64,000 bases of DNA from Vicinamibacterales bacterium (GTDB lineage: Bacteria > Acidobacteriota > Vicinamibacteria > Vicinamibacterales > UBA2999): NCBI GenBank assembly GCA_035571515.1, contig DATNCQ010000037.1, positions 2,823-66,822 of the forward strand. The letters run 5' to 3'. Shown piece by piece: positions 1-9,706 of this stretch. Within the stretch, counting starts at the first letter, position 1, and the number at the start of each line of letters is the position of its first letter. Position numbers and translations under genes: made by a program. The notes under the pieces are model-generated. The model made no database searches. It worked only from the letters and a program-made list of their open reading frames with translations, and was not told the DNA's origin.

Positions 1-971
1 CAGGGCGAACGCATGAAGCACCCCACCGCGAGATCGAAGCCCGGCGAGCAGTACTGCCGCTCGTCGTGCCCGTAGGGCGAGAACGCTTCGAGCCGGTGCT
101 CGCCCTTCCGGTGGCGCAGCACGTGCGCCATCGTCCGGTCGATTTCCGTGTTGCCGCGCCGTGACGCCTTGTAGGTGACCGGTCCCGGGTCGCCCACGCC
201 GGCGAGCACGATGCCGTGCGCGATGCGGCCGACCCACGCGTCATGCTGCGCCAGCCACGTGATGGCGCCGATCGTTCCCGGCGCGAAGAGGAACCGGTAC
301 GAGTAGCGCCGGCGCTTCATCGCCACGTAGCGCGCCAGCTGCGCCGCGACGGCAATCCCCGACAGGTTGTCGTTGGCCAGCGACGGGTGGCATACGTGCG
401 CCGAGATGAGCACCTCGGTGTCGCTCCTGCCCGGCAGGAAGCATTCGGCGTAGGTCATCGCGCCGTCCTGCAGGTCGGCGTCGATGCAGACCTCGTATTC
501 GGGCTCGGTGAGCGCCTCGTACTGGCGCTGCGTGACGCAGAAGCCCCAGTCCTCCGCGTAGTACGACGTGCGGTACGGAATCCAGTCCGGATGGTCCGGC
601 AGCGAGTGCAGGTGGCGCCGCAGCTGCTGCAGCGACACGCGGCCGCGCACCGGCACGCTGTAGCTCATGACGTGCAGGTTGTGCGCCTTGAAGTCGATGA
701 TGCGATCGCCGCGGACCGTCTTGATCCACGCGTCGCGGATGTTCCACTCGCGCGGGACCTCCCAGTCGAGCACACGGGTGCCGGTCGGGACCTCGCGGAC
801 GTGCAGCGGGATCTCGCGGGCGAGGAGCCGCAGCGACTCGCGCACCCCTTCGCCGGTGATGCTGCGGCAAATCGGGTAGAGCTCGCGAATCAACTGCATC
901 ATCTCGTCGCCCGGCGACGCGGTGTCGCCGGCGAGCGCGTCCGGATCTGTGACGTACGGTTTGGCAGCCAC
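1..971 (-). CDS. Aminopeptidase-like protein (DUF4910/DUF2172, M28-like); C-terminal part lies outside the window
   Basis: Absent from the ORF track because it is truncated. Manual reverse translation from GTG (969-971) gives VAAKPYVTDPD..MMQLIRELYPICRSITGEGVRESLRLL..VLDWEVPREWNIRDAW..HVCHPSLANDNLSGIAV..FLFAPGTIGAITWL and stays open to position 1. Listed ORFs 216..977(+) and 241..1089(-) are Arg-rich shadows. Confidence 0.7.
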   Translation of the reverse strand, partial: MAAKPYVTDPDALAGDTASPGDEMMQLIRELYPICRSITGEGVRESLRLLAREIPLHVREVPTGTRVLDWEVPREWNIRDAWIKTVRGDRIIDFKAHNLHVMSYSVPVRGRVSLQQLRRHLHSLPDHPDWIPYRTSYYAEDWGFCVTQRQYEALTEPEYEVCIDADLQDGAMTYAECFLPGRSDTEVLISAHVCHPSLANDNLSGIAVAAQLARYVAMKRRRYSYRFLFAPGTIGAITWLAQHDAWVGRIAHGIVLAGVGDPGPVTYKASRRGNTEIDRTMAHVLRHRKGEHRLEAFSPYGHDERQYCSPGFDLAVGCFMRSP

Positions 972-1213
972 GCGTGATCTTTGGTGCCAGTGATCGGAGC
1001 AAGGACGCCGCCATCCGCGACACGCGCAGCACGCGCAAATCAGGCGGTTTCGTTGGGAATATTGCGAGTCGCAGGTCGTCGTCGCGCAAAGAGTCGCCCT
1101 CACAGCGGATTTATGTCTTCGCGGGACGTCCACCTGCGGCTGCTTCGGAACGGCCACTGCGCGCCAGCGGGCGTTTCTCGTGGCACCGTGCTTGCCTCAC
1201 CTCAGATCTCTCG

Positions 1214-2341
1214 ATGGCACATTCAGTTGGTGGGGGCATGGACAGCAGCGCGCCTCCGGCGGTGGCGGCGCTCCCTTCGCCACGCCTCCTGCGCGCGCCA
1301 GTTGGACGTGCCCCCGCCATCCCTCGCGTCGTCGCGTTCGGTGGCGGAACCGGCCTGCCGGTTGTTCTTCGGGGGCTCGCGGCGGCGGTGCGGCGCACTG
1401 CGGCCGGCGGGCATGCAGGACCGGGCTCCGATCGCCTGAGCGCCATCGTCACGGTGACCGATGACGGGGGCAGCTCCGGCCGGCTGCGGCGGGATCTCGG
1501 CGTGCTTCCTCCCGGCGACGTGCGCAACTGCCTGGCGGCGCTCTCGTCGGACGCGGCGTTCGGCCAGCTCCTCGACCATCGCTTCGATGACGGCACGAAC
1601 CTGAGTGGCCATGCCATCGGAAACCTGATGCTCGCGGCGCTGACGCGCATGACGGGCAGTTTTGCCGTCGCCATCGACGAAATGGCGCGGATGCTCGGCG
1701 CCTGCGGGCGTGTCTTTCCGTCGACGTGCGAGGACGTCACCCTGCGCGCCGAACTGGCCAACGGGGAGACGGTCGAAGGAGAGACGCTGATCGCCACCCA
1801 TCCGGCGGCCATCAGGCGCCTGAGCCTCGCGCGCCCGGTCAGGCCCTGGCCGGACGCCCTTCGCGCGCTGATCAACGCCGACGTCATCGTGGTCGGCCCG
1901 GGAAGCCTGTACACGAGCGTGCTGCCGAACCTGCTGGTTGACGGGGTCGCGTCCACGCTGGCGGCGGTCGGCGGCGTCCGGGTGTGCGTAGCGAACCTGA
2001 TGACGCAGCCCGGCGAGACCGACGGCATGTCGATCGCGGACCATCTCCGCGTGCTGCGGGAGCACACGGGCCACGACCTGTTCGATTACGTCCTCGTGAA
2101 CACGGCCAGACCCACCGAGGAGCAGCTCGCCCGCTACCGCCGGGAGGGCGCTCAGTGGATTGAGTTCGACGGCGGGGTCCGCGCCTCGCTCGGCGCCAGG
2201 GTCATCGAGGCCGACCTGCTCGACACCGGCAGCGACCACGTTCGCCACGACAGCGAAAAGCTGGCCGACGCCATCCTGGCCGTGGCCAAGCGCGGACGGC
2301 GGTCCCTGGCCGCTCGAGAAGAGCGTCCGCAGGCCGTTTGA
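1214..2341 (+). CDS. yvcK: YvcK/CofD-like (UPF0052) family protein
   Basis: ORF 974..2341. Signatures VVAFGGGTGLPVVLRGL and IVTVTDDGGSSGRLRRDLGVLPPGDVRNCL. The first 80 codons are Arg/Ser-rich and not protein-like, so ATG 1214 (or 1238) is preferred. Confidence 0.85.
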   Translation: MAHSVGGGMDSSAPPAVAALPSPRLLRAPVGRAPAIPRVVAFGGGTGLPVVLRGLAAAVRRTAAGGHAGPGSDRLSAIVTVTDDGGSSGRLRRDLGVLPPGDVRNCLAALSSDAAFGQLLDHRFDDGTNLSGHAIGNLMLAALTRMTGSFAVAIDEMARMLGACGRVFPSTCEDVTLRAELANGETVEGETLIATHPAAIRRLSLARPVRPWPDALRALINADVIVVGPGSLYTSVLPNLLVDGVASTLAAVGGVRVCVANLMTQPGETDGMSIADHLRVLREHTGHDLFDYVLVNTARPTEEQLARYRREGAQWIEFDGGVRASLGARVIEADLLDTGSDHVRHDSEKLADAILAVAKRGRRSLAAREERPQAV

Positions 2342-2497
2342 GTGGGGCCGAAGAAGTCTTCCGCAGGGAAGCCGCCCGCGGGGCTTTGAGACAAAAGTCC
2401 GCGTGCAGTTTGACGTCGTGGGCCCACCACGGCGGCCCGTTGACAAAGATCACTGAAATCCCGAGTAAAACGTCGCCCCACGATCGCGCCGCGTAAC

Positions 2498-2513
2498 CGG
2501 TGCAGGTCTTGCT
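2498..2513 (+). promoter_or_regulatory. Candidate sigma-54 (-24/-12) promoter
   Basis: CGGTGCAGGTCTTGCT has GG-N10-GC spacing and TTGC at -12. It lies 64-76 nt upstream of the PEP-CTERM gene start and is near-identical to the element at 3439-3454. Confidence 0.45.
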
Positions 2514-2576
2514 GAGGTCACGGACAGATTTGAAAGCGCCGGGTGCGCGGGATAGCTATCGGGCCAGAAAGTTTAC

Positions 2577-3242
2577 GTGGAGATCGTCATGATCAAGAGG
2601 CGAGGGAAAGTCAGGGCGTTGAGGATGCTGGTTCTGGCGGCGTTCCTGATCCTGGGGGTGAGTTCGGTCAGCCAGGCCGGTCCGCTGGGGGTCAACATCG
2701 ATCCGTATCCCGACATCATGTCGGGGTTCATCACGACCACCTACAACGCGACATCCGGCGCGTTGTCGGCCACCGGGTGGGCGTTGACGCTGGATACCGG
2801 CACCGGACAGCAGAACATCACTACGAACTTCAAGTTGACGGCGACGATTGACAAGACCGGCGTGGCCTCCGCGGGCACGCTGACCATCGGCAGCGCGGCG
2901 GCGCCGCTGCTGTATACCGCGAGCCTCCTCGGGTTCGCGTACAACGCGGTCCAGGGCGGCGCGATGGAATTCCTGTTCGGTCCGGCGACGGGCAGCTACG
3001 TCCCGAGCATCTTCGCGGACACCAAGCCGCTCGACCTGCAGCTGTCGGCTGGAACCGGGTTCATGGGCACGTTCGCGACCGGGTTCACGAGCAGCTCGGG
3101 CACGTCCGAGCTGAGAGGCGATCCGCCGGCACAGGGCACGCCTGAACCGTCGGCGCTCCTGCTCATGATGGTTGCCGCGGCCGGCCTGCTGGGTGCTACC
3201 ACCCACGCCCGGCGTGGTCTGGTGGCCGTCCGCCTCTCGTAG
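2577..3242 (+). CDS. PEP-CTERM sorting-domain protein (exosortase cargo)
   Basis: Signal peptide (RALRMLVLAAFLILGVSSVSQAG) and Thr/Gly/Ser-rich body. C-terminal PEP motif + TM + basic patch: GTPEPSALLLMMVAAAGLLGATTHARRG. GTG 2577 or ATG 2589 start. Confidence 0.8.
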   Translation: MEIVMIKRRGKVRALRMLVLAAFLILGVSSVSQAGPLGVNIDPYPDIMSGFITTTYNATSGALSATGWALTLDTGTGQQNITTNFKLTATIDKTGVASAGTLTIGSAAAPLLYTASLLGFAYNAVQGGAMEFLFGPATGSYVPSIFADTKPLDLQLSAGTGFMGTFATGFTSSSGTSELRGDPPAQGTPEPSALLLMMVAAAGLLGATTHARRGLVAVRLS

Positions 3243-3278
3243 TTCGACGAGGACAGAGCCACAGAATCGAGATTTAAG

Positions 3279-3305
3279 GCCTGATGGGGTAAGTCCCCAT
3301 CAGGC
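3279..3305 (+). terminator. GC-rich hairpin downstream of the PEP-CTERM gene
   Basis: GCCTGATGGGG-taagt-CCCCATCAGGC is an 11-bp perfect stem 37 nt after the stop. There is no U-tract. Confidence 0.5.
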
Positions 3306-3438
3306 GTTCCGGCCCAAGGCCGCGCCCGGGGCGGCGCCAATAAGCCTAGTCGCACCACCCACCTACAAAAGTTCGCTCGCTAAGCGTCTTCGATAGGTGC
3401 ACTTCACAGTTCGGCAGTAAATCGCTTGGAAATGCCCG

Positions 3439-3454
3439 CGGTGCAGGAATTGCC
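3439..3454 (+). promoter_or_regulatory. Candidate sigma-54 (-24/-12) promoter
   Basis: CGGTGCAGGAATTGCC has GG-N10-GC spacing and matches 13/16 positions of the 2498 element. It lies about 110 nt upstream of ATG 3567. Confidence 0.45.
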
Positions 3455-3566
3455 CTGCCCAGTTCCCAGCTCGACCATAAACACACTCGACCAATAGGCA
3501 GACAACTCCGCGGTGTTGGTGCAAGGCCACCGCGGGCGACTTTCACTTTTGCGAGGGACGCTACAG

Positions 3567-5270
3567 ATGCTAGTTACCTTTGATCGTTCTCGGATAGCCC
3601 GGGCCGTTGGCGGCGGGCTCCTGACGCTGTTGCTGTGCGCGACGGCCAGCTACGCGCAGTTGCTCGACTTCCCGCCCCCGACGCATCCATCACTCCTCCC
3701 CGCGGGTAGCTGGACGTACGCGCTTCCGTTCATCGAGATGACCAAGCGGGATGTCGGCACAGGCGACCATCCGGAATATGTTCAGGGCAAAACGACGTAC
3801 GACGGCACCTACCTGACGATCCAGGCGTTTCCCCAGTGGATCACCTTCCCGAACGCCCCGTACTGGTATCAGGCGGTCAACGTCGGCCAGGCGTCCGACG
3901 AACCATTGTCGACCTCGCCGTGCGGGGTTCCAGACGAGGGTGGCGTCGTGACCCAGCCGATCGAGTGCGGAAACTTCGTCACCAAGGTTCGCGTGGACAG
4001 CTACACGGGCGCGCTGGTCGGCGGCACCAATACCGACCTGACCTTCAGGGGCCACGTGATCCTGTCGCACTTCGCGTGCTCCGACGGCGTTTCGGTATAT
4101 CCGAACTGCCCGAGCGGGTTTGGCGAGGTCATCGACCTCGACGCGAACGGCACGCTGCTGACCGGTAAGGTCGTGGAAATGGGCTCGCAGTACGTGGACG
4201 CCACGACCGCGCGGTTCAACTTCAGGGTTCAGATCACCGGCGGGTTGCTCGCGGGCGCCGCGCTTGGCAACAACCGTTTCGATAACAACGCATTCGACAT
4301 GGGCGTGGACGTCACGAGCGCAAGCTTCTCGGGCAGCTTCGCCGCGGGTGCGTTCAACGGCGCTGCCAAGGGCGTGGCGGGCGGCATCCAGAAGGTTGCC
4401 GGACTGGCGCAGTGCACGGGCCTCGTCAACGGGCGCGTCTGGAACGACATCAATCACAACAATCTGCTGGATGCGGGCGAACCGGGGCTGCCCGGCGCGG
4501 CGGTCACGCTGACCAAGACCGGGCTGCCGGTCAAGTCGACGACGAGCGACGCCAACGGCATCTATGCGTTCCCGTACGTCTGCGGCGGCGACAATCAGGT
4601 CGACGTGACGCCGCCAACGGGCTTTACCTCGGCGGCGGCCGCCTCGCGTATCGTGACCGTGCCGACCGGCGGCATCGTGTCGGGCGTGAACTTCGCGTTC
4701 TTCGCCGTTCCGACCGGCAACTACGCGACCTACATCCAGGCGGCATGGGGAGCCAAGCCGAAGAACGGGAACGCGGCGAAGCTGCTCGCCGACAACTTCG
4801 CGACTGTCTATCCCACGGGTGAGGTCGTCATCGGGATTCCGGACGTCGTCGGCCGGTACTCGATCACGATGACCGGCGCCGACGTCATCCAGACGTTCCT
4901 GCCGCAGGGCGGTCCGGTGGCGGCGCTGACCAAGAGCTACGTCGATCCGATTTCGCTGTGGAAGCCGAAGCACGCCGGCAAGTTCGGCCACCACAAGATG
5001 ATCGGGCAGCTCGCAGGCCAGGTGATGGCGCTGCAGCTGAACGTCGACTTCTCGAACAAGGCCATTACGCGGTTCGGCCTCGGCACGCTGAAGGTCGTTG
5101 CGGGCCCGCTTGCCGGACAGACGGTGAACCAGGTGCTGGCGCTCGCCAACAAGGTGCTCGGTGGCGACCCGGTCCCGGCTGGCGTGACGATGCAGCAGAT
5201 CAACGACGTGGTCAAGAATATCAATGCCGACTACGAGTCGGGAGCAGTCGACCTGAAGTTCCTGCAGTAA
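3567..5270 (+). CDS. Secreted protein with SdrD-B/Cna-B-like repeat domain
   Basis: ORF 3513..5270. ATG 3567 is preceded by GAGGGA. Signal peptide [14 protein letters not shown]. Motif [45 protein letters not shown] is typical of SdrD B-like domains. No PEP-CTERM tail. Confidence 0.75.
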   Translation: MLVTFDRSRIARAVGGGLLTLLLCATASYAQLLDFPPPTHPSLLPAGSWTYALPFIEMTKRDVGTGDHPEYVQGKTTYDGTYLTIQAFPQWITFPNAPYWYQAVNVGQASDEPLSTSPCGVPDEGGVVTQPIECGNFVTKVRVDSYTGALVGGTNTDLTFRGHVILSHFACSDGVSVYPNCPSGFGEVIDLDANGTLLTGKVVEMGSQYVDATTARFNFRVQITGGLLAGAALGNNRFDNNAFDMGVDVTSASFSGSFAAGAFNGAAKGVAGGIQKVAGLAQCTGLVNGRVWNDINHNNLLDAGEPGLPGAAVTLTKTGLPVKSTTSDANGIYAFPYVCGGDNQVDVTPPTGFTSAAAASRIVTVPTGGIVSGVNFAFFAVPTGNYATYIQAAWGAKPKNGNAAKLLADNFATVYPTGEVVIGIPDVVGRYSITMTGADVIQTFLPQGGPVAALTKSYVDPISLWKPKHAGKFGHHKMIGQLAGQVMALQLNVDFSNKAITRFGLGTLKVVAGPLAGQTVNQVLALANKVLGGDPVPAGVTMQQINDVVKNINADYESGAVDLKFLQ

Positions 5271-5309
5271 CGCGGCGGGTTCGTAGCGGCCCTTCGCGTT
5301 TCGACACTG

Positions 5310-5337
5310 GGAGGCCGGCGCCACACCGCCGGTCTCC
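5310..5337 (+). terminator. Hairpin downstream of the secreted-protein gene
   Basis: GGAGGCCGGCG-ccacac-CGCCGGTCTCC is an 11-bp stem with one G-U pair, 40 nt after the stop. Confidence 0.5.
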
Positions 5338-5568
5338 TGGTGTGTTTCGAACCACCCCGCGGGGCTCGATTGCACCCGGGCCGTCGCAAGTCCTTCGCGG
5401 CGACGAACAAAGTCGGCGTCGAAGGAGACATTGGCGCCGGGGATTTCCCGGATTTCACCCCAGGCTCTTGATGCGATTGAGGTTATGGCCGCCAGGCCCG
5501 GCGGACGGACGTTTGCTCCCACCCGGGCACGCCGCGGTACGCGCGGCGGTCTCCAGCGGATCCGAATT

Positions 5569-7086
5569 GTGAACACCCGTCACGTCACCACGTATTTCGA
5601 GGACAACAAGCCGCCGGAGGACCACGCGGCGAAGTCGCTGCGCGGCGGGGCGGTGTCGATCGTCGCGCGCGGCATCAACGCGTTCGTGCAGATCGGCTCG
5701 GTCCTGTTCCTCGCGCGCCTGCTGTCGCCGGAAGATTACGGCCTCGTCAGCATGGTGACCGCGTTCACCGGGTTCGCGCCGTCGCTGGTCGATCTCGGCA
5801 CGCGCGACTCGATCGTGCAGCGGCACCGCATCACCCGCGGCGAGGTCAGCGCGCTGTTCTGGCTGACGCTCCTGGTCGGCGGCGGGTTCGCGCTCCTGAC
5901 GGCGGCGTGCGGTCCCCTCATCGCGCGCTTCTATCACGAGCCACGGCTGGCGACGATCGCCTTCACGTCATCGGTGACCTTCATCGCGTGCGCGCTGTCG
6001 GTCCAGCACTATGCGCTGATGCGGCGCGTGATGATGTTCCACGAGCTCGCGATCATCGAGGTCGTGGCCAACGTGCTGAGCGCGGCGCTCGCCATCGCCA
6101 TCGCGCTGTCCGGGGCCGAGTACTGGGCGCTCGTGGTCCGGCCCATTGCGACGCCCGTGTTCGTGTCGGCGGGCGTCTGGCTGCAATGCCGGTGGCTGCC
6201 CGGCAAGCCTGATGTCTCGCCCGGCGTCAGAGAGAGCGTGAAGTTCGGCCTCAACATCACCGGCTACTGCATGACCGACTTCGGCGGCCGATCCGGCGAC
6301 CGCATCGCGATCGGCTACCGCAGCGGCCCGGCCGGCCTCGGCCAGTATCAGAACGCGCTCTTCATCTACGACAACCTGCTCGACGTCCTGGTGTTTCCGC
6401 TGCACAGCGTCGCCGTCGCGAGCCTCAGCAAGCTGCGCGACGATCTCGACGAGCTCAAGCGGGCGTGGAGCAAGGCGCTTTCGACCGTCGCGTTCTATGC
6501 GATGCCCGCTTTCGGCCTGCTCGCGGTGACGAGCCGTGACGTCGTCGTGGTGCTGCTCGGCGCGAAATGGGCGAGCGCCGGCCTGCTCCTCACGGTGCTC
6601 GCGTTTCGCGGCATCCCGCACAGCGTGGAACGGACGCTCGGGTGGCTGCACGTGACGGCCGGGCGCAGCGACCGGTGGATGAAGTGGGGCCTGTTCGCGA
6701 CGTCGGTGCAGTTCGCCGCCCTGTTCTGCGGCCTGCCGTTCGGTCCGATGGGCGTCGCGGTGGCCTACGTCGCGGCGATGTTCATCCTGTTCGTGCCCGC
6801 CATCGCGTATGCGGGCCGGCCGCTCGAGATTGGGGCGACGGACGTCATCGCGGCGGTGTGGCGCCAGCTGCTGGCCTCGCTCTCTGCCGCCGGTGTGATG
6901 CTCTTCGCCTCGTCGACGTTTCTCGCCGGCACGCACCCGCTCGTGCGCGCGCTGACCGTTGGTGCGGCCTATTGCGTCCTCTACCTGCTCATCGTCATCG
7001 CGATCCTCCGCGTGCACGCGCCGCTCAGAACGACGAGGGTGCTCGTGCGCGGGTATCTTTCACCTCGCTTTGCCTCTCTGATCTGA
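5569..7086 (+). CDS. Polysaccharide flippase, Wzx-like (MOP/PST superfamily)
   Basis: ORF 5431..7086. Multi-TM protein with AKSLRGGAVSIVARGINAFVQIGSVLFLARLLSPEDYGLVSMV, typical of the lipopolysaccharide/polysaccharide biosynthesis protein family. The start is uncertain (GTG 5569, ATG 5485 or 5431). Confidence 0.8.
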   Translation: MNTRHVTTYFEDNKPPEDHAAKSLRGGAVSIVARGINAFVQIGSVLFLARLLSPEDYGLVSMVTAFTGFAPSLVDLGTRDSIVQRHRITRGEVSALFWLTLLVGGGFALLTAACGPLIARFYHEPRLATIAFTSSVTFIACALSVQHYALMRRVMMFHELAIIEVVANVLSAALAIAIALSGAEYWALVVRPIATPVFVSAGVWLQCRWLPGKPDVSPGVRESVKFGLNITGYCMTDFGGRSGDRIAIGYRSGPAGLGQYQNALFIYDNLLDVLVFPLHSVAVASLSKLRDDLDELKRAWSKALSTVAFYAMPAFGLLAVTSRDVVVVLLGAKWASAGLLLTVLAFRGIPHSVERTLGWLHVTAGRSDRWMKWGLFATSVQFAALFCGLPFGPMGVAVAYVAAMFILFVPAIAYAGRPLEIGATDVIAAVWRQLLASLSAAGVMLFASSTFLAGTHPLVRALTVGAAYCVLYLLIVIAILRVHAPLRTTRVLVRGYLSPRFASLI

Positions 7087-7562
7087 TGGACGTACCGTAC
7101 CGCGACCGGCTGTTCGTTGCACTGGATGAATCCCCGTCGGCGCAGGTGAGCCGGCTGGCGTTCGGGTCTGCCGTCCTGCCGCTGTGGGCGCGGCTCGCCG
7201 GCGATGCCGCGCCGGGCTGGACGCTGCCGCTGTTCCTCCTCGCCGCGCTGGCGACGCTGCGCGTGGTGCCGTTGATCGTCCGCATGGTGATTCCCTTCAC
7301 GGAGGGAACGAAGACGATCTGGGCCGAGCGACGGCAGCTCGCGAAACGCTGCGACAGTTATCAGTGGCAGAAGCTGCTCTGGATCGGCCTCGGCATGCTG
7401 GGGAGCGCGATCGTGACCGGTGAGCGGAGCGCCGCGGTGGCGCTGCTCACGGCGATCTGCCTCGCGTCGGGCGCCGCGGGATCGATCGCGTGGCGGCGCC
7501 GGAGCATGCCGGCACCGGCCGCCGGCGTAGGCGGTCGGGGGCTGCCGGCGCAGTGCAATTGA
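7086..7562 (+). CDS. Hypothetical small membrane protein
   Basis: In-frame ATG inside listed ORF 6567..7562, overlapping the flippase stop (TGATG). Hydrophobic segments LPLFLLAALATLRVVPLIV, LLWIGLGMLGSAIV and ALLTAICLASGAAG. I recognise no family. Confidence 0.5.
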   Translation: MDVPYRDRLFVALDESPSAQVSRLAFGSAVLPLWARLAGDAAPGWTLPLFLLAALATLRVVPLIVRMVIPFTEGTKTIWAERRQLAKRCDSYQWQKLLWIGLGMLGSAIVTGERSAAVALLTAICLASGAAGSIAWRRRSMPAPAAGVGGRGLPAQCN

Positions 7563-7573
7563 GGCGCTGACCG

Positions 7574-8230
7574 TTACGACAGCGGGTGCCGCGCGAAGTC
7601 GAGCATCAGCTTTTCCATTTCGATGATGCCCGTGCGCAGGCTGCCGCGACTGAGCCACCAGCGATCGGGATTGAACGGCGAATAGTGCGCTCCGTGCACC
7701 AGCACGCGAGTGGAATGGTCCCGCATGGCGCGGCGCATGACGCGCCGAATCCGCCGGCAGTGATCGGTCATCGCGACGACGACCACCGTCCGGAACCGAT
7801 GCTCGTCGCACCACCCGGGCAGCACGGCCCCTTCGTCTTCGGTGCCGGCCACCGCGCGGGGAATCCGTTCGACGTGTCCGATGCCGAGCGCCGCGAGCTG
7901 GCGCGCCGACCGGGCGGCCGCATCTTCGTACGGCACGCCGCGGCGAATGAACTCCTGGTCGATGTCGGGGTCGGGCGGATCCGTGAAGATCGCGACCCGG
8001 TTGGCAACGCCGCTGTGGACGAGATCCGCGGCCTCTAGCACGCCCGCACCGTCGGCGTCGATGGCGACGACGATGATGTCGGCCGGTTGAACCGGGTCGT
8101 CCGCGGCCAGGAATCGTCCGTACGAGGCCAGGAGCGCCGAGCGCGATGCGGGGACCGCCAGGGCGGCTGCCGCCACGAGGACGATGACGAGGAAACCCCG
8201 GACCGCTGCGGCGGCCGCGTAGCGAAGCAT
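7574..8230 (-). CDS. DUF218 (YdcF/ElyC-like) domain protein
   Basis: ORF 7574..8542; internal ATG at 8230 (MLRYAAAAAVRGFLVIVLVAAAALA signal/anchor). ADIIVVAIDADGAG..VANRVAIFTD..TVVVVAMTDHCRRIRRV fits the DUF218 fold. Upstream ORF codons are Arg/Pro-rich. Confidence 0.7.
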   Translation of the reverse strand: MLRYAAAAAVRGFLVIVLVAAAALAVPASRSALLASYGRFLAADDPVQPADIIVVAIDADGAGVLEAADLVHSGVANRVAIFTDPPDPDIDQEFIRRGVPYEDAAARSARQLAALGIGHVERIPRAVAGTEDEGAVLPGWCDEHRFRTVVVVAMTDHCRRIRRVMRRAMRDHSTRVLVHGAHYSPFNPDRWWLSRGSLRTGIIEMEKLMLDFARHPLS

Positions 8231-8581
8231 CCGTCGCGATGATAGCGCGGTGCGCGGAACGCGTCCGGAGTGCGCGAAGTCTCCCGCGCAGGTGACTAAT
8301 GGGCGTGAAAACCGCCTCGCCGCACGCCTCGCGCCGGCGAACCGGCATGCCCGTTCGGCGTTGTAAGTCACGCGCCGTCTTGCACTTGCGTGTCGTCTTG
8401 ACGGCGTCGGCGGCGCGAACGGTGATCTGCCGCAAAGCGGCAGGCAACTCGCAACGGCAGGTGGAGCGTGTTTGTCGGAATTCAAACAAGACAGGACCAG
8501 GCTCGGACGGTGATGGCACCGCACGGCAAGGCGCACCGGCACCCGTCGTCGTCAACGGACCGCTCCGGACCGAGTGTGCTC

Positions 8582-9691
8582 ATGCCGTCGACGCGGGCGT
8601 TCAGGCGGCGTGCGTTCCAGTTGGGACTGTACGAAGCGCAGGACGTCCTCGCGGACGTCGCCGACGTGGATCTCGTGTGCCTCGAGCCGCGCCCCGGAGC
8701 GGGGTTCTGGCGGCGGGAGCGATGGCAGCGGCGCCTGATGTACCGCGACGTGACGCGGCGCCTCGTCTTCATGAATCCCGGACTCGGGCGCGTGCCGGTA
8801 ACGCGCGACTACGACGTGTTCGTGGCCGTTTGCCAGAACTACTGGGATCTCCTGGCGTACAACGCGATCGACGGGTGGAAGGATCGATGCCGCACCAGCG
8901 TCTGCTGGCTTGACGAGCTCTGGGTCGGGGACCTCCCGCACAGCGAGTACTGGCTGCACGCGCTCAACCAGTTCGACCATGTGTTCCTCGGCTGCGCGGG
9001 CAGTGTCGGGCCCGTTTCGTCCGCACTCGGGCGGCAATGCCACTGGATTGGCGGCGCCGTCGACACCCTGCGTTTCAGCCCGTATCCCCAGCTTGCCGAT
9101 CGCGTAGTCGATATCTATCGCATCGGCCGGACCAACGATCGGCTCCATCTCGCGTTACGCCAGGCGGCCGCGGAGCGCGGATGGTTCTACGTCCACGATA
9201 CGGTGCGCGGATCGGATCTGGAGCCGCTCGATCATCGCGAACACCGCGACCTGCTGGCGAGAATGGCGAAGCGCAGCCGCTTCTTCGTCGTCGCACCCGG
9301 CAAGGTCGACATGCCCGGAGAGACGCAGGGACAGGTCGAGATCGGCTATCGCTACTACGAGGGGTCGGCGGCGGGTGCGGTGATGATTGGCCAGACGGCC
9401 GCGTGCCCGTCGTTCCGCGAGCGCTTCGGCTGGCCCGACGCGGTCGTGGAAGTAGCCCCGGACGGATCCGACGTCGTCGACGTGCTGTCGCAGCTGGCGT
9501 CGGACCCGCAACGGATGCTGAGGATAAGCCAGCGGAACGCGACCGAAGCGCTGCTGCGCCACGACTGGGTGTATCGCTGGAAACGGATCTTCGAAGTCGT
9601 GGGACTGCCGGCCCCCGCGCCCATGAACGATCGGGTACGCCGCCTGCGCGAGCTCGCGACCTGTGCAGCGGAAGCGTCGGTGGCCGTATGA
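8582..9691 (+). CDS. CgeB-like / GT1-clan glycosyltransferase-like protein
   Basis: ORF 8468..9691, ATG 8582. C-terminal half (RSRFFVVAPGKVDMPGE..IGYRYYEGSAAGAVMIG) resembles Glyco_trans_1_2/CgeB-type proteins. Family call is tentative. Confidence 0.6.
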   Translation: MPSTRAFRRRAFQLGLYEAQDVLADVADVDLVCLEPRPGAGFWRRERWQRRLMYRDVTRRLVFMNPGLGRVPVTRDYDVFVAVCQNYWDLLAYNAIDGWKDRCRTSVCWLDELWVGDLPHSEYWLHALNQFDHVFLGCAGSVGPVSSALGRQCHWIGGAVDTLRFSPYPQLADRVVDIYRIGRTNDRLHLALRQAAAERGWFYVHDTVRGSDLEPLDHREHRDLLARMAKRSRFFVVAPGKVDMPGETQGQVEIGYRYYEGSAAGAVMIGQTAACPSFRERFGWPDAVVEVAPDGSDVVDVLSQLASDPQRMLRISQRNATEALLRHDWVYRWKRIFEVVGLPAPAPMNDRVRRLRELATCAAEASVAV

Positions 9692-9706
9692 CCGCGGGTA
9701 GGGTAG

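Noticed and set aside
974-1213. N-terminal 80-codon extension of the YvcK-like ORF
   Set aside because: The extension is Arg/Ser-rich and unlike the family N-terminus. The internal ATG at 1214 or 1238 is more plausible.
5525-5540. GGGCACGCCGCGGTAC, a sigma-54-like -24 element upstream of the flippase gene
   Set aside because: There is no TTGC/GC at the -12 position (GGTA instead), so the spacing test fails.
3690-5576. 628-aa minus-strand ORF
   Set aside because: It is antisense to the well-supported secreted-protein gene. Its extreme Arg/Ala/Gly/Asp composition is typical of high-GC shadow frames, and it has no recognisable motifs.
8514-8529. TGGCACCGCACGGCAA upstream of the CgeB-like gene
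   Set aside because: The -24 half is perfect, but the GC of the -12 element is one nucleotide out of register (N9) and there is no TTGC. It is probably a chance match.
6981-8555. 524-aa minus-strand ORF, and the 6567..7085 part of a 331-aa plus ORF
   Set aside because: The product is Arg/Pro-rich low-complexity sequence. It overlaps the flippase, the small membrane gene and the DUF218 gene in wrong frames. Only 7086..7562(+) and 7574..8230(-) look protein-like.
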